The notes below the pieces were generated by a model. It saw nothing but the letters and a program-made list of their open reading frames with translations, had not been told where the DNA came from and searched no databases. Of a stretch of 32,000 bases of DNA, positions 27,057 to 32,000 are shown in pieces (position 1 is the first letter of the stretch; each line of letters begins with the position of its first letter). Made by a program: the position numbers and the translations under genes. The stretch comes from Breznakia sp. PF5-3 (GTDB lineage: Bacteria; Bacillota_I; Bacilli_A; Erysipelotrichales; Erysipelotrichaceae): positions 5,836 to 37,835 of the forward strand of contig NZ_JAQFIQ010000023.1 of the NCBI RefSeq assembly GCF_029504745.1. Reading direction: 5' to 3'.

Positions 27057-29111
27057 ATGAAAGTAGCATTAGTAGGTAATCCAAATAGTGGTAAAACAAC
27101 ATTATTTAATGAATTGACAGGCAGTACAGCAAAAGTGGGGAACTGGCCTGGAGTTACAGTTGATAAAAAAGAAGGTAAATATAAAAAAGCGAAGACACCA
27201 ATGGATATTATAGATCTCCCTGGTGTTTATTCTTTGTCACCTTATACATTAGAAGAGGTAATTGCACGTGATTATATCATCAATGATAAACCTGATGTAA
27301 TTATTAATATTATTGATGGAACAAATTTAGAGCGAAATCTTTATCTTACTACTCAATTGTTGGAAACGGATATTCCAGTAGTTGGAGCATTAAATATGAT
27401 GGACTTGGTAGAAAAGAATCAAGATAAGATAAATTTGTCATTATTATCTTCAAAATTGAATATACCTTTGGTAGAAATTAGTGCTTTACGTGCTACAAAT
27501 ATCAAAGCGTTGATGGAAGAGGTAGTAAAAACAACTACCAAAAGAGAACCTTTAAATTTATTTAAAGGCACAAAGTTGGAAAAATCATTTTATGCGTTGT
27601 ATGATTTATTTGTAAAGAATGGATTGAAACAACCAACGTTTAAAGCGAGTAAACTTTTAGAAAATGATGAAAAATTATTAGCAAGTGAAGAAATTAAAAA
27701 TTTAGCTAATGAAATTAAGCGTATTGTTGAGATAACAGAGGATAGCGAAGCAGAGATAGCTGATATTCGTTATCAATTTATTGAAGATGAATTAAGTGGA
27801 AGTTTAGAGAAAAGTCGTGTATTGGGAGATTTAACTACTTCTGATAAGATTGATAGAGTATTAACAAGTAAAATTTTGGGGTTACCAATCTTTGCACTTA
27901 TTATGTTTGCTATTTTTCATACGACATTCTCAGAAAATTTCTTGTTTCTAGGAATTAACTCACCTGGGGTATATTTACAAGGATTAATGGAAATACCAGT
28001 TGAATGGATTACAGGGGGGTTAGAAGGGCTCTTAGAAGGCGCTGGAGCAAGTTCATGGGTATTTGGATTGGTGATTGATGGAATTGTTGCAGGGGTTGGT
28101 GGAGTATTGTCTTTCATCCCACAGATTTTAGTGATATTCTTATTCTTAAGTATTCTTGAAGATAGTGGATATATGGCTCGAGTAGCATTTTTGATGGATC
28201 GTATTTTACGTAAATTTGGTTTATCAGGAAAGGCTTTTCTTCCCTTGTTAACAGGTTTTGGTTGTAGTGTACCTGCAATTATGGGAGCAAGGACTTTAGA
28301 AGGTGAGCGTGAAAGAAAGTTAACAATGATGTTGGTACCATATATGTCTTGTGGGGCAAAAGCACCAATTTGGGCATTGTTTGCATCTGCTGTATTTACA
28401 GATCATGGTGATTTAATGACCTTTGGTATTTATATGCTTGGAATTCTAGTGGCAGTTATTTCAGCCATTATTTTGAAAAAATTTGTATTTAAAGGTGATG
28501 CATCTCCATTTGTTATGGAAATGCCTGCATATCACTTTCCAAGACTTAAGAATCTAGCTTTGCGTTTATGGGATAAATTAAAAGGATATATTATTCGTGC
28601 TGGAACTGTTATTCTTGCATCGACAATTGTATTGTGGTTCTTATCGAATTTTGATTTTGGATTACATATGGTAGAAGCAAATAGTAGCAATAGTATCTTA
28701 GGTGTTTTAGCCAATGGAATTAAATTCATCTTTATTCCGTTAGGTTTTGTATCGGGTCCAGATGGTTGGAAAGCTGTGGTTGCTATTTTAACTGGGTTGA
28801 TTGCTAAAGAAGCGGTTGTATCTACAATGGGAGTCTTATATACGAATATGGAAAGCGAAGAAGATTTTCTTGGTGAAGATGATGCTACGACATCGTTAAT
28901 TGCAACGGTAGGAGCTACATTCACACCATTGGCTGCATTATCCTTTATGGCATTCAATTTGTTGAGTATACCTTGTATGGCTGCTGTAGCAGCATTAAAA
29001 GCAGAGTTAAATGATCGTAAGACATTTTGGTTTGCATTGGTATTTTGGATTGTTGTAGCTTGGATTGTTTCATTCTTAATTTACAATGTAGGAGGCCTAT
29101 TAGGTTTTTAA
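27057..29111 (+). CDS. feoB: ferrous iron transporter FeoB
   Basis: N-terminal G-domain MKVALVGNPNSGKTTLFN and DLPG, followed by a polytopic membrane domain. An ATG at 27054 is also possible, but 27057 is better spaced from the GGGGGAG RBS. Confidence 0.96.
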   Translation: MKVALVGNPNSGKTTLFNELTGSTAKVGNWPGVTVDKKEGKYKKAKTPMDIIDLPGVYSLSPYTLEEVIARDYIINDKPDVIINIIDGTNLERNLYLTTQLLETDIPVVGALNMMDLVEKNQDKINLSLLSSKLNIPLVEISALRATNIKALMEEVVKTTTKREPLNLFKGTKLEKSFYALYDLFVKNGLKQPTFKASKLLENDEKLLASEEIKNLANEIKRIVEITEDSEAEIADIRYQFIEDELSGSLEKSRVLGDLTTSDKIDRVLTSKILGLPIFALIMFAIFHTTFSENFLFLGINSPGVYLQGLMEIPVEWITGGLEGLLEGAGASSWVFGLVIDGIVAGVGGVLSFIPQILVIFLFLSILEDSGYMARVAFLMDRILRKFGLSGKAFLPLLTGFGCSVPAIMGARTLEGERERKLTMMLVPYMSCGAKAPIWALFASAVFTDHGDLMTFGIYMLGILVAVISAIILKKFVFKGDASPFVMEMPAYHFPRLKNLALRLWDKLKGYIIRAGTVILASTIVLWFLSNFDFGLHMVEANSSNSILGVLANGIKFIFIPLGFVSGPDGWKAVVAILTGLIAKEAVVSTMGVLYTNMESEEDFLGEDDATTSLIATVGATFTPLAALSFMAFNLLSIPCMAAVAALKAELNDRKTFWFALVFWIVVAWIVSFLIYNVGGLLGF

Positions 29112-29112
29112 A

Positions 29113-29319
29113 ATGAAAATAATTGATTTTGTAATTCTCATTGCTGCTATTAGCTTTGTAGGATGGATACTTTATATAAAAGTAAAACAACACTATGAAA
29201 ATAAAAAGAATGGTGTTTTGGGCTGTGGTGGAAGCTGTATGGGGTGTGACCATATAGATGGTTGTAAAGGAATACAACAATATATGCAAGAAATCACTAA
29301 AGCTCATAAAAAAGTATAG
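29113..29319 (+). CDS. FeoB-associated Cys-rich small membrane protein
   Basis: One N-terminal TM (IIDFVILIAAISFVGWILYI) followed by the GCGGSCMGCDHIDGC cluster. The start is 1 nt after the feoB stop. Confidence 0.72.
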   Translation: MKIIDFVILIAAISFVGWILYIKVKQHYENKKNGVLGCGGSCMGCDHIDGCKGIQQYMQEITKAHKKV

Positions 29320-29327
29320 ATTGTTGA

Positions 29328-29352
29328 AGTAGAAGGATACCTTCTACTTTTT
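29328..29352 (+). terminator. rho-independent terminator of the feo operon
   Basis: AGTAGAAGG-ata-CCTTCTACT followed by TTTTC. Confidence 0.8.
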
Positions 29353-29362
29353 CTTTGAACCA

Positions 29363-29384
29363 TAAAAAAAACGACATCGTCGTT
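29363..29384 (-). terminator. rho-independent terminator of the minus-strand arsC-family/dtxR-family operon
   Basis: On the minus strand: AACGAC-gat-GTCGTT followed by a T8 run. The stop codon of the regulator gene lies within the stem. Confidence 0.68.
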
Positions 29385-29754
29385 ATTTTTTATAGTTATT
29401 CTTAAATTCTACAATCTTATCAAAGGTTTCCTGACTGATGATGTGTTCAATGCGACATGCATCTTTTTCAGCATTATCAGCGGATACTCCTAAAACTTCT
29501 AGTAGAAAGCTCCTGATTGTTGTATGGCGATTATGGATCATTTTAGCCATATCTTCACCCGATTTAGTTAATCGAATGTCACCATATGTTTCTTGGGTGA
29601 TTAACCCTTTCTCTTTTAAATTATTCATAGCTTTATTAACACTAGGTTTAGAAACTTCCATCATTCTTGCAACATCGATAGAACGAACTTTACCTTTTTC
29701 AGCTAAGATTACAATACATTCTAAGTAATCTTCTAGTGATTCACCTAAAAGCAT
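29383..29754 (-). CDS. DtxR/MntR-family metal-dependent transcriptional repressor (no SH3 domain)
   Basis: The sequence ESLEDYLECIVILAEKGKVRSIDVARMMEVSKPSVNKAMNNLKEKGLI gives the winged HTH. A dimerisation/metal-binding region follows (..HNRH..., ..DACRIEH..). Confidence 0.9.
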   Translation of the reverse strand: MLLGESLEDYLECIVILAEKGKVRSIDVARMMEVSKPSVNKAMNNLKEKGLITQETYGDIRLTKSGEDMAKMIHNRHTTIRSFLLEVLGVSADNAEKDACRIEHIISQETFDKIVEFKNNYKK

Positions 29755-29781
29755 CTTATCACCTCACTACCTTAATTATAA

Positions 29782-30144
29782 TTATACCACATTATTTATC
29801 ATGTCCAAATATGTTGCCTCTTTAAAACCACAGGTAACCTTATCACCAACAATTAAAATAGGACGTTTAACTAACATTCCATTGGATGCTAATAATTTTA
29901 TTTGTTCATCCTCACTCATTGAATGAATACGATCCTTTACTCGGAGTTGCCGATAAAGAGAACCCGATGTGTTAAAAAATCGTGTCAGACTAAGGTTGCT
30001 CATTTTGTACAGTTTCCGTATTTCATCTTCACTTAATTTATCTTCTACAATATCCCTTGTTTTAAACTCTACATTATTCACTTTTAAAAACTTCTTTGCT
30101 TTTTGGCAGGTGCTACATCTTGGATATTCGATTAATAGAACCAT
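29782..30144 (-). CDS. ArsC/Spx/MgsR-family thioredoxin-fold protein
   Basis: N-terminal CSTC (CxxC) in the MVLLIEYPRCSTCQKAKKFL context and LVKRPILI near the C-terminus. GAGGAG RBS. Confidence 0.85.
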   Translation of the reverse strand: MVLLIEYPRCSTCQKAKKFLKVNNVEFKTRDIVEDKLSEDEIRKLYKMSNLSLTRFFNTSGSLYRQLRVKDRIHSMSEDEQIKLLASNGMLVKRPILIVGDKVTCGFKEATYLDMINNVV

Positions 30145-30426
30145 ATAATTCTCCTCATATTTTCATCTTACTGTCTTCATTATACTATGTAAACGCTTTC
30201 TTTTGGAAGCGATTTTTAAAAACTAGTCAATTAATTCTATATCTAGAATTAAAATAAGTCAATAATTGAGCACTTTATAAATTTATAAAAAGTATAATAT
30301 AACATATAAATAAGTTTAAAATAGTAATTATTTTATGTATTTATTGGAAGAAATAAGCTTTTATTAAATTGCTAGTAAAATTGCTTGCAGTTCTGATAAT
30401 ACTATGGTTAAATATATTAGTATATT

Positions 30427-30563
30427 AATTATCAAGAGTTGGGACAGAGAGTTAGCTCGTAGCCCAACACCAACCTCCACATTTAGTGAAAGGTGGTAAT
30501 GCTAACAGCGATAAGAGAATCATTATGCTTGTTTAATGTCTTCTCTTGGGGAGGCATTTTTTT
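30427..30563 (+). promoter_or_regulatory. SAM riboswitch (S-box / SAM-I clan, atypical P2 and P4) upstream of metK
   Basis: P1 is TTATC (30429-30433) paired with GATAA (30510-30514). Also present are the S-box junction ATCAAGAG, P2 TTGGG...CCCAA, CAACC and AAGGTGGTAATGC (compare AAGGTGCTAA). A T7 run lies at 30557-30563. I could not resolve the expression-platform pairing. Confidence 0.7.
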
Positions 30564-30582
30564 ATGCCAGAAAGGAATAGAA

Positions 30583-31680
30583 ATGAAAGATTATATTTTT
30601 ACATCTGAAAGTATTACGGAAGGACATCCAGATAAGATTTGTGATAAAATTGCAGATGCAATTTTAGATGCTGCACTTCGTGAAGATGAGCAAAGCAAGA
30701 TGGCCGTGGAAGCAACGATTAAGGATAATTTTGTCCTTGTTTATGGAGAAGCAAATACCAAAGCGGATATTAATTATGAAGCAATTGCCAAAGCTACAAT
30801 CAAAGCAATTGGCTATAATGAAGACTATGAGGTAGTTGTGAAGGTTAATAAGCAATCAGCAGAAATTGCTCATGCAGTCGTGCACGATAACAAAGAAATT
30901 GGAGCTGGAGACCAAGGTTTAATGTTTGGCTTTGCTTGTGATGAAAGTGATGAATACATGCCAGCACCAATCTATTATGCACATAAATTAGCACGTCAGT
31001 TAACAAAAGTACGAAGAGAAAATTCAATATTAAAACCAGATGGAAAAACACAGGTGAGTGTTGAATATAAAGATGGAAAGGTTCATCGGATTGATACGGT
31101 TGTCGTATCGACACAACATGATAAAGATGCAACACAGCAACAAATTAATGATTTGGTGATGGAGGAAGTTATCAAACCATGTATTGAAGAGTCTTTGGTT
31201 GATGAAAATACAAAATATTTGATCAATCCAAGTGGTAGTTTTATATTAGGTGGTAGTTTTGGTGATTCAGGAACAACCGGTAGAAAAATTGTTGTAGATA
31301 CCTATGGTGGTATGGGTCGCATTGGGGGAGGATGTTTCTCTAGTAAAGATCCAACGAAGGTAGATCGTAGTGCTGCTTATTATGCTCGTTATGTTGCTAA
31401 ATCAATTGTAGCTAATAAACTGGCTTCTAAATGTGAAGTGCAAGTAGCTTATGCAATTGGAAAAAGTCAACCTGTTTCCTTAATGGTAGATACCTTTGGG
31501 ACAGGTATAAAGAGTGATGAAGAATTGCTTTCTATTATAAAAGCAAACTTTAATTTTGAAGTAAGCAATATTTTAGAAGAGTTGGATTTACGCAAACCAA
31601 TTTATTCTAAAACAGCATGTTATGGACATTTTGGTGACCCACAATTTAGTTGGGAAAAGGTGAAAAAGATTAATTATTAA
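30583..31680 (+). CDS. metK: S-adenosylmethionine synthase
   Basis: The start MKDYIFTSESITEGHPDKICD is the canonical MetK N-terminus, with GAGDQGLMFGFA and GGGCFSSKDPTKVDRSAAY motifs. The track start at 30493 would read through the riboswitch. Confidence 0.96.
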   Translation: MKDYIFTSESITEGHPDKICDKIADAILDAALREDEQSKMAVEATIKDNFVLVYGEANTKADINYEAIAKATIKAIGYNEDYEVVVKVNKQSAEIAHAVVHDNKEIGAGDQGLMFGFACDESDEYMPAPIYYAHKLARQLTKVRRENSILKPDGKTQVSVEYKDGKVHRIDTVVVSTQHDKDATQQQINDLVMEEVIKPCIEESLVDENTKYLINPSGSFILGGSFGDSGTTGRKIVVDTYGGMGRIGGGCFSSKDPTKVDRSAAYYARYVAKSIVANKLASKCEVQVAYAIGKSQPVSLMVDTFGTGIKSDEELLSIIKANFNFEVSNILEELDLRKPIYSKTACYGHFGDPQFSWEKVKKINY

Positions 31681-31683
31681 TAA

Positions 31684-31709
31684 GAAGAAGGATAAAATCC
31701 TTCTTTTCT
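31684..31709 (+). terminator. rho-independent terminator after metK
   Basis: GAAGAAGGA-taaaa-TCCTTCTTT followed by TCTT. Confidence 0.8.
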
Positions 31710-31840
31710 TATACAATTATTCCAAAATATTGCCATTTTATCCAGATGATAAAAAGTTTCTTGATTATTATTATTTAATTATATATTATAATGATACAGG
31801 GAGGTAGGAATCCTAACTAGTCCTTTGATTTTACTTGAGA

Positions 31841-31870
31841 GGAAGCATCGTAAGATGCTTTCTTTCTTGT
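31841..31870 (+). terminator. terminator-like hairpin of an unassigned short transcript or leader
   Basis: GGAAGCATC-gtaa-GATGCTTTC followed by TTTCTTGTT. Confidence 0.55.
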
Positions 31871-32000
31871 TGGTGTGCAATTATAGAAATATAGTTATAA
31901 TCTTTGCTTGAATGTCAGAAGAAATGCAACAATGAAGGAAAAAGAAGCAAAAGGTGATGGATAAACAAGAAAAATAATAAACTATATTCCTATATTGACA

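Noticed and set aside
28532-29307. 141-aa and 117-aa minus-strand ORFs opposite feoB and the Cys-rich gene (also 23410-23763 opposite the AIM24-family gene, and 21817-22152 opposite murA)
   Set aside because: They are antisense shadow frames of confidently called genes, with no RBS or motifs.
30493-30582. Upstream GTG-initiated extension of metK in the ORF track
   Set aside because: The extension would be translated through the SAM riboswitch 3' half and its U-tract. The canonical MetK N-terminus begins at the ATG at 30583.

Overview
AT-rich Bacillota (Firmicutes)-type chromosomal segment; the taxon cannot be fixed from sequence alone. Most of the window is housekeeping, almost all on the + strand. 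The main blocks are tilS-hpt-ftsH-hslO-dusB, a T-box-controlled lysS, purA, mscL, an NlpC/P60 hydrolase, murA-rpmE-(AIM24 family)-prfA-prmC, feoA-feoA-feoB with a small Cys-rich protein and a convergent DtxR-family repressor, and a SAM-riboswitch-controlled metK. The most unusual part is about 10.0-15.0 kb, just after the double terminator of lysS. It holds three same-strand genes with no housekeeping role: a RhuM N-terminal region fused to a Doc-type Fic domain, a WGR-domain protein with a large unassignable C-terminal region, and a 586-aa paralogue of that region. I found no integrase, transposase or flanking repeats there. I flag this block as a candidate uncharacterised conflict or defence module, but this is inference only. 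Other points of interest are a solo MazF/PemK-fold protein with a 75-aa N-terminal extension upstream of tilS, paired DtxR-like operators over the feo promoter, two similar nested-hairpin terminators, several strong palindromes, and an orphan promoter-plus-terminator unit at the 3' end. I found no rRNA, tRNA, CRISPR array or recognisable mobile element. All domain calls come from reading motifs by eye and no database search was run.
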